Assembly (NCBI GenBank): GCA_965219095.1
Contig: CBDCMT010000001.1
Coordinates: 1,792,001 to 1,856,000 of the forward strand
DNA length: 64,000 nucleotides
Direction of reading: 5' to 3'
Source of the DNA: Bdellovibrionales bacterium
Lineage (GTDB): Bacteria; Bdellovibrionota; Bdellovibrionia; Bdellovibrionales; UBA1609
The stretch's first letter is position 1, and each line of letters starts with the position of its first letter. The notes under the pieces were generated by a model that saw only the letters and a list, made by a program, of their open reading frames with translations, made no database searches and was not told where the DNA came from. The position numbers and the translations under genes are program-made. This document shows, piece by piece, positions 30,060 to 39,383 of this stretch.

Positions 30060-30133
30060 TGTAGTGCTTCCGTTTAAGTTTTTAGGTTTTCTTCTCTAGA
30101 GAATCGACCGGAAAATTAAGTGTATTCACTATA
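30060..30133 (-). mobile_element. ~74-bp IS630-derived MITE
   Basis: One end TAGTGCTTCCGTTTA matches the IS630 terminus at 60965; the other end is TATAGTGA; related copy at 43397. Confidence 0.65.
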
Positions 30134-30277
30134 TAAACAATGGGAAATTTTAAAGTGGTTTGTCCGAATAATAGGTTGCTGATTGAGAGGTAGAGAAAAA
30201 TTAAGAGTAAGTCTATGACTTCAAATCTTAGTGTTAGTTTTCCCTCAAGTTGGCGAGGTGTTTTTGATGTGAGTAAA

Positions 30278-30302
30278 ACTATACAGCCTCCAAGCTGTAT
30301 AG
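30278..30302 (-). terminator. Intrinsic terminator of the REase-STAND gene
   Basis: CTATACAGC/GCTGTATAG hairpin followed by TTTT on the minus strand. Confidence 0.55.
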
Positions 30303-30309
30303 CGAGAGA

Positions 30310-32565
30310 TTAATTTCTTAAAGTGTTAAACATTGACTCTAATTCTCGATCAGAAATTATATCAATATGATTTCTGTTACTACCATAACTTCCGGTTCCA
30401 TTCTCATCATAATCAGCATATTCTTGTTCTTGCTCTTGAGCCAAGCTTTCTAACTCATTGCTTAAGCCAGATTCAAAACCATAAGCAGATTCTATCTCTG
30501 CAAGTTCTTCTGCGACTTCTCTCATTTCAGAGCTACTATAGCTACTCTTATATTCACTAAAAGTTTCATCAATATAAGAGCATGCCTGATCATCAACGTT
30601 TTCTTTTGTTTCTTCATCAATAAAACTAAAACTATTAAGGAATTCTTTCACAATAATTAAATCTTGTCCGTCAATATCAGTGCAAAAAGCAACCTTAGCT
30701 CTTTCTAAAAGTAGTTCTCTATTTTCAAAATAGAGAGTTTGCTTTTCTTCAAATATCTTCAAACAATCTATAGCCTCAACCAAAGATATGGATTGTTTCC
30801 ACATGGGAGGCTCAATATAACTCCAAAAAATTTTTGAGAAATTCTTAAAGAAATCATTATTTTGGCCTATCATTTTTTCAGTAGAATTTTTAAATACTAT
30901 AGAGAAAGTAGGATTAAATTCTAAGAAATGAGCATTTTTTTTAGCCAACTTTATTTTAAGTATTTTACTTTTTATGGATTTAAAAATACTTTTAAAAACC
31001 TTTTTTTCACAAGACAGATTAAGAAGTTTACTTATTTGTTCTATGTATTTTGAATGGTTTAATAAATCAGTGAATAAATTTTTATTTTCACACAAGTATT
31101 CCTCTATAAAATCACTTATAGCTGGGTTAATAAATTTTACATAAATTTCATATCTATTGTAATTTTGTTTCCTTTTAGTAGAGATAAATGATCCTTCTAA
31201 CTCTTTAAGAGATTTTGTGAAATCATTGAGAGAAGTTTTAGATTGATGTTTTTTTGACAGTTCTTGTTTAAGAACAGTGTAGGAATCTTCTAATATGCCA
31301 AGTGAAATGTTGCCTTTAAAGCTAGCGATAGTTAAAATAAGATACTGAGCTACTGCTGAGAGTTGATTGAAAGCATGTCTCCAGATTTGCTCTGGATTAT
31401 CTAAATTCTCAATGAAGTATTTACTATATTCACTTGGAGTTACATTTTTTAGCTTATTTATTTCTGTCATTGTTTCTATTGATCTTGGGTTAAAGTTCTT
31501 ATGGCGTATAATATTCAAATAAGCTCTGTTATCAAGAAAGCTTTTTATATATTTTGTTCCTATGCTAGAGAAAAAAAGATGGTTGTATAGTATTTTTGCT
31601 TTATTATAGTCTGTGTATTTATCCAATTTTAAGACATACTTGTTCATATCTAGATTGGAACTAGACAGTCTTTCTAGAGAATCATAGGCTTGCTGTAAGA
31701 TATATTCTCTAGTTGTAAGTATTATTTTATGAGGGTTATTCTTTGAAGATATTTCCTCTAAAAAGCTTATGATCTTAGAGTCCTCATTTTTTTCTAACTT
31801 GCTTTCTAAAAATGTGGTTCCTAAAAAGTCATCATAATAGAATATGGTTTTATTTTTTGATCTTAAAAACTTATAACCTTCTCTTATATTGCTTGAAATT
31901 TTTGAAAATCTATATCCTCGTTCCATATAATAAAAAGAGCTCATTTCAGCTAGTGTAGTTTTTCCAACACCAGGTTCTCCTGAAATAACACAGCAACTTT
32001 TTTCATTTAGAATTTCTAATGCCTCAGAAAGTGATTGGTTCTCTACATACACTTCAACTTTATTTTTTATTTTCTTCTCTATGATCTCCGATTCATTTAT
32101 ATCTTGACTATGGAGAACTTTTTCCAAAATGTTTATATTATTCAGCCATAATTTAGAGTGCTTATACTCTATTTCAGGATATTGTCTAATGAGATTGTTT
32201 ATATCTTCATTTCCCAGTACTTCCACATTATTCTTCACGTAATTCTTTAAAAGACTAAACAGTTCTTTTTTTTGAGTAGTGCTGAGCGGACATGAAGTAA
32301 CTAAAATATAGTTATCAGGTGCAATGTTTTTAACTTTATTTGATTCTATTCTCGTAATATGAGACACTAAATCAGAATAATTTTTATATCGCTTACATTG
32401 GACTATAGTCTCTTTCTTGTCTGTGAAAAATCTACCGTCTATACCCTGATCCTTTCCTTGTTTAAAGGTTTCTATCAAAGATATGTTTTTATATTTTTGC
32501 AATAAATCAATAGCTAGAGTTTCAAAGTCTAAAGGAGATAAGTTATCAAAAGTGTAAAAGGTCAT
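30310..32565 (-). CDS. Mrr-like restriction endonuclease fused to a STAND (nSTAND3-like) NTPase
   Basis: DFETL...DQGIDGRF...VQCKRY; ISGEPGVGKTT, YYDDFLG and LTTREYIL. Confidence 0.8.
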   Translation of the reverse strand: MTFYTFDNLSPLDFETLAIDLLQKYKNISLIETFKQGKDQGIDGRFFTDKKETIVQCKRYKNYSDLVSHITRIESNKVKNIAPDNYILVTSCPLSTTQKKELFSLLKNYVKNNVEVLGNEDINNLIRQYPEIEYKHSKLWLNNINILEKVLHSQDINESEIIEKKIKNKVEVYVENQSLSEALEILNEKSCCVISGEPGVGKTTLAEMSSFYYMERGYRFSKISSNIREGYKFLRSKNKTIFYYDDFLGTTFLESKLEKNEDSKIISFLEEISSKNNPHKIILTTREYILQQAYDSLERLSSSNLDMNKYVLKLDKYTDYNKAKILYNHLFFSSIGTKYIKSFLDNRAYLNIIRHKNFNPRSIETMTEINKLKNVTPSEYSKYFIENLDNPEQIWRHAFNQLSAVAQYLILTIASFKGNISLGILEDSYTVLKQELSKKHQSKTSLNDFTKSLKELEGSFISTKRKQNYNRYEIYVKFINPAISDFIEEYLCENKNLFTDLLNHSKYIEQISKLLNLSCEKKVFKSIFKSIKSKILKIKLAKKNAHFLEFNPTFSIVFKNSTEKMIGQNNDFFKNFSKIFWSYIEPPMWKQSISLVEAIDCLKIFEEKQTLYFENRELLLERAKVAFCTDIDGQDLIIVKEFLNSFSFIDEETKENVDDQACSYIDETFSEYKSSYSSSEMREVAEELAEIESAYGFESGLSNELESLAQEQEQEYADYDENGTGSYGSNRNHIDIISDRELESMFNTLRN

Positions 32566-32595
32566 ATAGTTGGTTTATTATTACAGTAAAGGGTT

Positions 32596-32997
32596 TTAAT
32601 ACACCGTAAACCGAATAAAATCAAATTGTAATAGATTTTATATGATCTGATAGTTACCCTTCCTGAGTTAATAAAAAACTGTCTGTCAGTTTGCGTTCTG
32701 TTCAATCATCTTTCTGCCTTATACTTTTTTGTTTGTGGCGTGATTTTTGGCGTTATAGAGCAGTTTAGAGCGGTACGTTGCGGTCTGTCAAGGTCTCAGG
32801 TAGTCAGGGTATATTGTTGTTATTATTAAATTTTTCACTGATTCCAAAAACTTAGAAAATGGGCTCGTCTACCCACCTTTAGCTTTATTACAGGAAACCC
32901 TAACGCAAAACAGCACATAATCTATGCTCTCGTGGGAACCGCCATAGGCTTTGGTGCTTCGTCTATCGTTGATTTTATTAGGTTTACGGTATATTAA
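32596..32997. mobile_element. ~400-bp non-coding MITE-like element with 29-bp terminal IRs
   Basis: TTAATA(C/T)ACCGTAAACC(G/T)AATAAAATCAA at both ends (27/29 match). Confidence 0.65.
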
Positions 32998-33107
32998 TTT
33001 CATAATTCGGACTTCAGGCTAGTATGACTTCAATCACATTTAGTCATGTTGGTAAAAATTAAAAAAGTATCTTTTAAAATAAAAAGGGAAAGTATAAAGT
33101 ATTATTA

Positions 33108-34019
33108 ATGGCTAAAAATTCCATGAAAAAAAACTCCCCTACTCTTGATTTTGCAGTGGATCCGTTGAGCGAAACAATAGCTTATGAAACTTTGCTTAGT
33201 CTAAGAGATGTGACAGAAAAAACACTTGAAAAAGAATTTCCCTCTGATAGTTTTCTGGAACAAGAAACTCTTTTACAAATCCTAGAATTAAAAAAAGAAT
33301 CAAGGAGAGAAGAAATCGAAAAGAATTATTCTGAGGTTAAAAAATTTGTAAGTGCAAAATGGAATGATTTTTCTGTTTGTATAAAAGATAACTTTCATTT
33401 TCCAAATGATTTAAAAAATCATGATCCTTTAAAGCTTTTCTATTACAAAGGCAATATAAGTCTTCTTGAAAGTCGTTGTATGTCAATTATTGGTACAAGA
33501 GAGGCAACGTCAGATGGACTCAAAAGAGCGGAAAAGCTAACTAAGATTCTTGTCAATAAAAATTTTACAGTTGTTTCTGGACTTGCTAAAGGGATTGATA
33601 CAAAAGCTCTTCAAACTGCTATTAACATTAACGGAAGGGTAATCGCTGTGATTGGGACACCTATTGACAAGTTTTATCCAAAGGAAAACAAGGAACTGCA
33701 AGAACTTATTGCCAAGAATCATCTTTTAATCAGCAAGGTTCCTCTTTTTAGATACAAAAAAGAAAATTTTTCTTCACATAAATTTCATTTTCCTAGAAGA
33801 AATATCATTATGTCAGCTATTTCAGAAGCCTCTATCATTGTAGAAGCTTCTGAAACGAGTGGAACACACTCTCAAGCAAGAGCAGCTCTCAAACAAGGGA
33901 AAAAGTTATTTATACTTGATTCTTGTTTCAAAAAATATAAATGGCCATTTATTCTCGAGAAAAAAGGGGCCATTAGAGTTAGACAAGAAGAAGATATATT
34001 GAGGCACATAAAGGAATAA
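33108..34019 (+). CDS. DprA/SMF-like protein (ShosA/DprA-PRTase type)
   Basis: SIIGTR, VSGLAKGID, FPRRN.IMS and VEASETSGT..QAR. Confidence 0.88.
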   Translation: MAKNSMKKNSPTLDFAVDPLSETIAYETLLSLRDVTEKTLEKEFPSDSFLEQETLLQILELKKESRREEIEKNYSEVKKFVSAKWNDFSVCIKDNFHFPNDLKNHDPLKLFYYKGNISLLESRCMSIIGTREATSDGLKRAEKLTKILVNKNFTVVSGLAKGIDTKALQTAININGRVIAVIGTPIDKFYPKENKELQELIAKNHLLISKVPLFRYKKENFSSHKFHFPRRNIIMSAISEASIIVEASETSGTHSQARAALKQGKKLFILDSCFKKYKWPFILEKKGAIRVRQEEDILRHIKE

Positions 34020-34024
34020 ACCTA

Positions 34025-34708
34025 GTGTCAAACTACAAGTGGCAAAAAATAAGAACTGGTTCAAACATAATGGATTATCCTATAAATATAAGCACTTTCA
34101 GACATATTGATCCTGACGATAATTGCTTTCATTTAATGGAGTGGATAAAGGGAGGAAGTTACACGGATTCAGAGGCTAATAGTCGCATACTTAATTTTAA
34201 AAACCCACCGAAAGCACAAGGCTCAAATCCTCGTTATTATAAGGATAAGGCTATTAAACAATTTGCTAAGGACTTATACTGTCCTATAGAAAGTGTTATT
34301 AAAAAGTATAAAGAAGAATCTATTTGTGTATCTTTTATACCATCTTCAGTATCAAGTAGTGATAGAAAATATGATGATAGATTTGAAAAAATTTGCGGTC
34401 TGCTTTGCAAAAAATTTTCAAAAATCCATTACGAACAAGCTATTCGGGTAACAGAATCTCGAAACAAGTCAGCTCAAGGTGGAGAGTATAGAAATGATGA
34501 ATATGTAGAAAAAATAAAACAAAGCTTTACATGGGATGGTTTCAGACATACCCCAAGTGCTATTATCATCTTTGATGATGTTATAACAACAGGTTCACAG
34601 TTCAAAGCATATAAAGAGCTTATTAGAGAAAACTTAAACAATGATCCAATAATAATAGGTTTATTTTGGGCCAAAGCCGTTGAAGCTATATCGACCCCTA
34701 ATTTGTGA
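34025..34708 (+). CDS. Phosphoribosyltransferase-like toxin partner
   Basis: IPSS...YDDR and IIFDDVITTGSQF PRPP-binding loop; follows dprA. Confidence 0.82.
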   Translation: MSNYKWQKIRTGSNIMDYPINISTFRHIDPDDNCFHLMEWIKGGSYTDSEANSRILNFKNPPKAQGSNPRYYKDKAIKQFAKDLYCPIESVIKKYKEESICVSFIPSSVSSSDRKYDDRFEKICGLLCKKFSKIHYEQAIRVTESRNKSAQGGEYRNDEYVEKIKQSFTWDGFRHTPSAIIIFDDVITTGSQFKAYKELIRENLNNDPIIIGLFWAKAVEAISTPNL

Positions 34709-34915
34709 TAGTTGCGACTTGACAATTTAGACAGTTGGTTAACAACTCTCCAAGAACCCCAACACCTAAGATCAATAATTACACTTCCTTATAATTTTTA
34801 CAAAAAATCAAACTATAAAAGAATTAAAAGTTTAAATCTTAAATTGACAAAAGAATTGCTATTGTTGATTTTTATTCTTCTTTTATCTTCATACTGATTT
34901 TAAAAGTAAATAAAA

Positions 34916-36685
34916 TCAGTGAATTATAGTTTTCACATTACCCCGACCAACACAAACACTGTGCGGATTTTTGACCGCTTGAACCCAATTTCCCATTTCA
35001 GACTTTTTGGCTCCAAAATACTCCACACCTAGACCATGTTTATAGACTACAACCTTCTTGATGATCTCTGAGAGAAGTTCTTTTTGCTGTCTGGGGGTGA
35101 TTTTGGGTAGAGCCTTGTTTACAACCTTGAGTGCTGAAAAGATATTCTCTGCTGAAATGATGTTTTCTTTGAATTGAGACTTTTCCCTTTTGAGTTTGTC
35201 GATCTCTTCTTCTACCTGAGATTTCTTTTCACTAAGGTTGCCTAATTCTTCAATTAAAATGTCCTGAGCTTTCTGGTTCTTGCTTCTAGCAATGGCCTGA
35301 GTGAGGCTCTCTATATCTTTCCTTATGCCCTTTAAGGCTTCTAGGCGAGAGTACATAAGACTTTCCTGTTGTTTGAGACTCTCCTGGTTTTGGTGAGTGT
35401 TGTTTTGAGCAAGCTTTACTAAAAGGGCCTTATTTTTTGATAACTCTTTGAGTCGAAATAAAACACCTTCCTCTATAGTGTGGGCAGGAACATGCTCTAA
35501 GTCACATTTTTTTAAATGCCGATCTCCATAAGTCATCATCTTTCTTCTGTGGCCATAATAAAAGTACTTTTTTCCGTCTCTATTTGAGCTTCCTTTCCCT
35601 ACAAGCTTATCTCCACAAACTCCACAATACGTTAAACCTGAAAGAATATAACAATGATTGCTAGCTCTTAATTCTTTTTTATTTTTTTCTAAACGATCTT
35701 GAACCTCATTAAAAAGATTTTTATCAATAATAGCAGGCCACTGGCTGTCATAAACTTTGTATCTTTCAGGAACAGAAAGCTCTGACTGATCTTTATTTCT
35801 ATTTTTCTTGTTGAGTTCTCTTTTTCCTAAATAGGAAAAGTTGGTGAGAACAGTGTATAAAGACGAAGCAGTCCATCTTGTTCCGCCTCTTTTTTGTCCC
35901 TTTTTATTTACAAAAGACTTGGTGGTGTAACCATTTTGATTTAAAAAGTTTAAAACTTTAAATGTTGAGCCTAGCTCTAGAAGCTTTTTAAAAATCATTT
36001 GAACTATAGGTTTTTCTTCTTCATTAACTTTCAAATGGCATTTTTTTTCAGGGTGAAGATCATAGCCTAACATTCTTTGTCCACCATTAGAAAGACCTCT
36101 CTCTGCCCTTGCGTGAACTCCATGCTTTATACGCTCTACAGTGGTTTGCCTTTCAAATTGAGCAAAGCTAATGGCTTGGATAACCATAAGCTCTCCCATA
36201 GCAGTTGAGGTGTCAAAGTTTTCCTTTAGACTAAAAAACTTCACTTTATGTTCTTTGAGAAAATCCCAAAACTGGCAGAAATCTTTAACACTTCTACTAA
36301 GCCTTGAAAGCTCTGTTACAATAACAGCATTAACCTTTCCTAAAACAATGTCTCTACACATTTTTTGAAAAGCTGGACGGTTTAAGTTCTTCCCTGAATA
36401 ATCCTTGTCTGTGTAAGTTTCAATAACTTTTCCCCAATTTTTTTCAGTGTTGTTTTTCATATTGATAAAGTTTTTAATTCTTTGTGGGTGAGATACAAGA
36501 GAGCCTTCTTCTCTAATTTCATCACTTGGAGAAAGCCTCACATAAGAAGCTATGTTGTATTTATAATCCAATTGTTTTTTTGAAGTCTTCTTTTTTGAGG
36601 ACATGGCCTTTGAGGGGTTTTCCCCTTTTGCTATTTTCCTCCATGAACCGCTGTAACATGTTTGCGATTTTTTCGATTCTTTCAT
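34916..36685 (-). CDS. Large serine recombinase (LSR1)
   Basis: YVRLS, DYSGK...RPAF, ELSRLSR, recombinase domain, CGVCG zinc ribbon and coiled coil. True start probably MSSKKK (~36604). Confidence 0.93.
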   Translation of the reverse strand: MKESKKSQTCYSGSWRKIAKGENPSKAMSSKKKTSKKQLDYKYNIASYVRLSPSDEIREEGSLVSHPQRIKNFINMKNNTEKNWGKVIETYTDKDYSGKNLNRPAFQKMCRDIVLGKVNAVIVTELSRLSRSVKDFCQFWDFLKEHKVKFFSLKENFDTSTAMGELMVIQAISFAQFERQTTVERIKHGVHARAERGLSNGGQRMLGYDLHPEKKCHLKVNEEEKPIVQMIFKKLLELGSTFKVLNFLNQNGYTTKSFVNKKGQKRGGTRWTASSLYTVLTNFSYLGKRELNKKNRNKDQSELSVPERYKVYDSQWPAIIDKNLFNEVQDRLEKNKKELRASNHCYILSGLTYCGVCGDKLVGKGSSNRDGKKYFYYGHRRKMMTYGDRHLKKCDLEHVPAHTIEEGVLFRLKELSKNKALLVKLAQNNTHQNQESLKQQESLMYSRLEALKGIRKDIESLTQAIARSKNQKAQDILIEELGNLSEKKSQVEEEIDKLKREKSQFKENIISAENIFSALKVVNKALPKITPRQQKELLSEIIKKVVVYKHGLGVEYFGAKKSEMGNWVQAVKNPHSVCVGRGNVKTIIH

Positions 36686-36776
36686 CTTCTTCCTCCTGAC
36701 TTAATTCTACGGGAATCCATTTTATATTGTTTAGCATAGAGTCTCTTATGGAGCGAGATTTTTTTCTCTGCTTCAT
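36561..36776 (-). CDS. Conserved 71-aa protein overlapping the LSR1 start
   Basis: RBS AAGGAG; equal-length homologue at 45826-46041. Confidence 0.65.
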   Translation of the reverse strand: MKQRKKSRSIRDSMLNNIKWIPVELSQEEEDERIEKIANMLQRFMEENSKRGKPLKGHVLKKEDFKKTIGL

Positions 36777-36854
36777 ACAACAACTCCTTTCAAGGATAAC
36801 AAGCTTTTTTATTGTTTTCTAGGTTTGACGTGGTGAGTATAGAGGTAGGGTTTT

Positions 36855-37136
36855 TTAGTTAAAAAGGGCCTTTATATCGGAAAGCCTAGGGCTTTTATTA
36901 GCACTCTCTAGCTCTTTGATGAGAGATTTGGCATAGGTCACAGGATTTTGAGTTTCTTTTTTAATTTTGTTGATATTTTTTTTAAAGTGCTGCTTTTCAT
37001 AGCTTTCAATAATAAAAGAAGTGAGGGCTTGTTTTTTGACTTTACTGGCAGTCTCTTTATTGAGAGCTTCTAGCATTTTTATAAGAGATTTGTTAGCTTG
37101 ATTTGAAATAGCAATTTTAGAAAATTTTTCTTTCAT
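36855..37136 (-). CDS. 93-aa conserved protein (possible DNA-binding regulator)
   Basis: Paralogues at 41868-42152 and a decayed copy at ~45475-45750. Confidence 0.7.
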   Translation of the reverse strand: MKEKFSKIAISNQANKSLIKMLEALNKETASKVKKQALTSFIIESYEKQHFKKNINKIKKETQNPVTYAKSLIKELESANKSPRLSDIKALFN

Positions 37137-37172
37137 AAATTTTTTCTCCTTTTATTTAAAAGGAAAAATGGC

Positions 37173-37637
37173 CTAGGCCACTTTTCCTTTGTATTTTTCT
37201 ACAAATTCTAGAATATCGTGCTTCCAGTAGTAGTTTACTTCATCGAAGGTTATGAGTTCTTCATCTGAAACTAAGCCGTCTATGTATTCATCTTTAGCTA
37301 ATCTCCAAGAGATTTCATCAAGCTGTTTAATGGCAACTGCTGTATCCACCGTGAGCCAGACGATTTTTGTATCTTCTGAGTAGCACTTATCAATCATAGT
37401 CTCAAATGCTTCCTCTGTATTGACTGGATCAAGAGCTTCTTTTAAAAGTTGTTCATAGACCCATTCGGTTCCGTACTCAACTCCAAAGCCTTCAAGCTCA
37501 CGCATGAGATCATCTGTTCCACAAGCTTCGCAAACTCCTGTTGGTGCTTTCATGTAACAGCCATAGCAAAAGGGCCTTGTTTCGAAAAATGCGATTTGTT
37601 CTAGTTTTTCTGTGATTTGTTTTTTTGTTAGCTCCAT
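37173..37637 (-). CDS. Acidic Zn-ribbon protein, copy 1
   Basis: CYGC...CEAC; about 34 D/E vs 16 K/R; RBS AAGGAGG. Confidence 0.75.
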   Translation of the reverse strand: MELTKKQITEKLEQIAFFETRPFCYGCYMKAPTGVCEACGTDDLMRELEGFGVEYGTEWVYEQLLKEALDPVNTEEAFETMIDKCYSEDTKIVWLTVDTAVAIKQLDEISWRLAKDEYIDGLVSDEELITFDEVNYYWKHDILEFVEKYKGKVA

Positions 37638-37869
37638 ATTTGTCCTCCTTTGTTTATATGGTTTTTATTGTCAGGAGCTTGCAAAGGCCGAAGTGAGTGC
37701 TTTTCAAGAAAAAAATTGGGGGAAACCTTTAGGAGGAACCGATTTTTTTCTTTAAAAGCAGAACGAGCGCAGGCCTAAGCTCATGACAAAAATAAAAACC
37801 ATCATAAAAAACAAAGGAGATTAGGAGCTAACAATAAATCATAGAAAAACTATAAATTGCTTTTGAAAC
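37579..37869. repeat. ~290-bp imperfect hairpin covering the RBS and start of the acidic gene, copy 1
   Basis: Arm pairs TGTTAGCTCC/GGAGCTAACA, CTCCTTTGTTT/AAACAAAGGAG and ATGGTTTTTAT/ATAAAAACCAT. Confidence 0.85.
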
Positions 37870-38013
37870 AGTTCTTTATTGTCTTAGATAAAATCTTGCT
37901 TTGAGATATCTATGACTTTAGTTGTGTCTTAACAAAGACCATTATCTAATTTTATGGAGTATTTATATAGAATGACTTTATATTTGCCCTTGTCAATCCG
38001 TTATAGTTTATAG

Positions 38014-38571
38014 ATGATCCTTTTAAAGAACAGAATAATTCAGAATCCTTTTTATTTATTACTTAGTTTTTTACTCATTCTCTCTCTTTTTTCTTGTGAT
38101 GAAAAATCAAATTCAACTGATTCAAATTCTTGTGAACCATGTAATTCTTGTGAACCATGTAATTCTTGTGAGTCATGTCCTCCTTGTCCTGTTCACAAGA
38201 AATTAAAAGATGGAACTTTTTTCGTCGGTTTAACCACACATGGTATGTTACTTGAAGTATCGAATTCCGGCGCAAACTATAAGATGGCGATACTTGATAA
38301 AGATCAACTGCTTTATATAACAGGATCAGGGAAAATTTCTTATGATGGAAATTATATTCAGTATAACGAAACTCCCTCTAGCTGTGGTACTTTATTCTCC
38401 GAACAAAACATAAAAGGTTATAGAGTTTACTATGTAGGGGAAGATATGTTATATCTAAAAGTATATGAGGATAGCTCTGTTGTGCCTGTATCTTTATATA
38501 AAGAAGATTCAACTTTTGACAGTTTAATAGAATCGATAATAGCTAACGGCTATACTTCTGCCTGTCCTTGA
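38014..38571 (+). CDS. Lipoprotein with an 18-bp (NSCEPC) tandem repeat
   Basis: LFSC lipobox; SCEPCN-SCEPCN-SCESC. Confidence 0.75.
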   Translation: MILLKNRIIQNPFYLLLSFLLILSLFSCDEKSNSTDSNSCEPCNSCEPCNSCESCPPCPVHKKLKDGTFFVGLTTHGMLLEVSNSGANYKMAILDKDQLLYITGSGKISYDGNYIQYNETPSSCGTLFSEQNIKGYRVYYVGEDMLYLKVYEDSSVVPVSLYKEDSTFDSLIESIIANGYTSACP

Positions 38572-38652
38572 GAAATTAATAAGAATAATATTTTTTAAAT
38601 TAACCCTTGAGAAAAATATCCAGTGTTTTATTTTTCAAAAAGAGAAAGTAGC

Positions 38653-39117
38653 CTAGGCTATTTTCTCTTTATATTTTTCTATAAACTCCATAATATCATG
38701 CGTCCAGTAATAGTTTTCTTCATCAAAAGTGATAAGTTCTTCATCAGAGACTAAGCTATCTATATAACTGTCTATTTCTAAATTCCAAGAAATCTCATCA
38801 AGTTGTTTAATGGCAGTAACAGTGTCTACTGTAATCCAGCCGATTTTAACTTCTTCTGGGTAACATCCATCAACCATAGTTTCAAAGATTTCTTCTTTAT
38901 CGACTGGAACAAGGGCTTCTTTTAAAAGCTGTTCATAGACCCATTCGGTTCCATATTCAACGCCAAAGCCTTCAAGTTCACGCATAAGATCATCTGATCC
39001 ACATTTGTGACAAACTCCTGTTGGTGCTTTTATGTAACAGCCATAGCAAAATGGTGTTGTTTCAATAAAAGCGATTTTTTCTAGTTTTTCTATGATTTGT
39101 TGTTTTGTTAGCTCCGT
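38653..39117 (-). pseudogene. Acidic Zn-ribbon protein, copy 2, with ATG changed to ACG
   Basis: Collinear with 37173-37637 (465 bp); start codon reads ACG at 39117-39115. Confidence 0.7.
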
Positions 39118-39352
39118 ATTTGTCCTCCTTTGTTTATATGGTTTTTATTGTCAGGAGCTTAAAAGAGGCCGAAGCGAGTGCTTTTCAAGACAAAAAATTG
39201 GGGGAAACCTTTTAGGGGGAACCGATTTTTTTCTTTAAAAGCAGAACGAGCGTAGGCCTAAGCTCATGACAAAAATAAAAACCATCATAAAAAACAAAGG
39301 AGGTTAGGAGCTAACAATAAATCGTAGGAAAGCTTAGAAATTGCTTTTGAAA
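39059..39352. repeat. Second copy of the ~290-bp hairpin
   Basis: Near-identical to 37579-37869, with the same arm complementarity. Confidence 0.85.
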
Positions 39353-39383
39353 TAGCTTTTTATTGTCTAGGTGAAAAAAGTAC

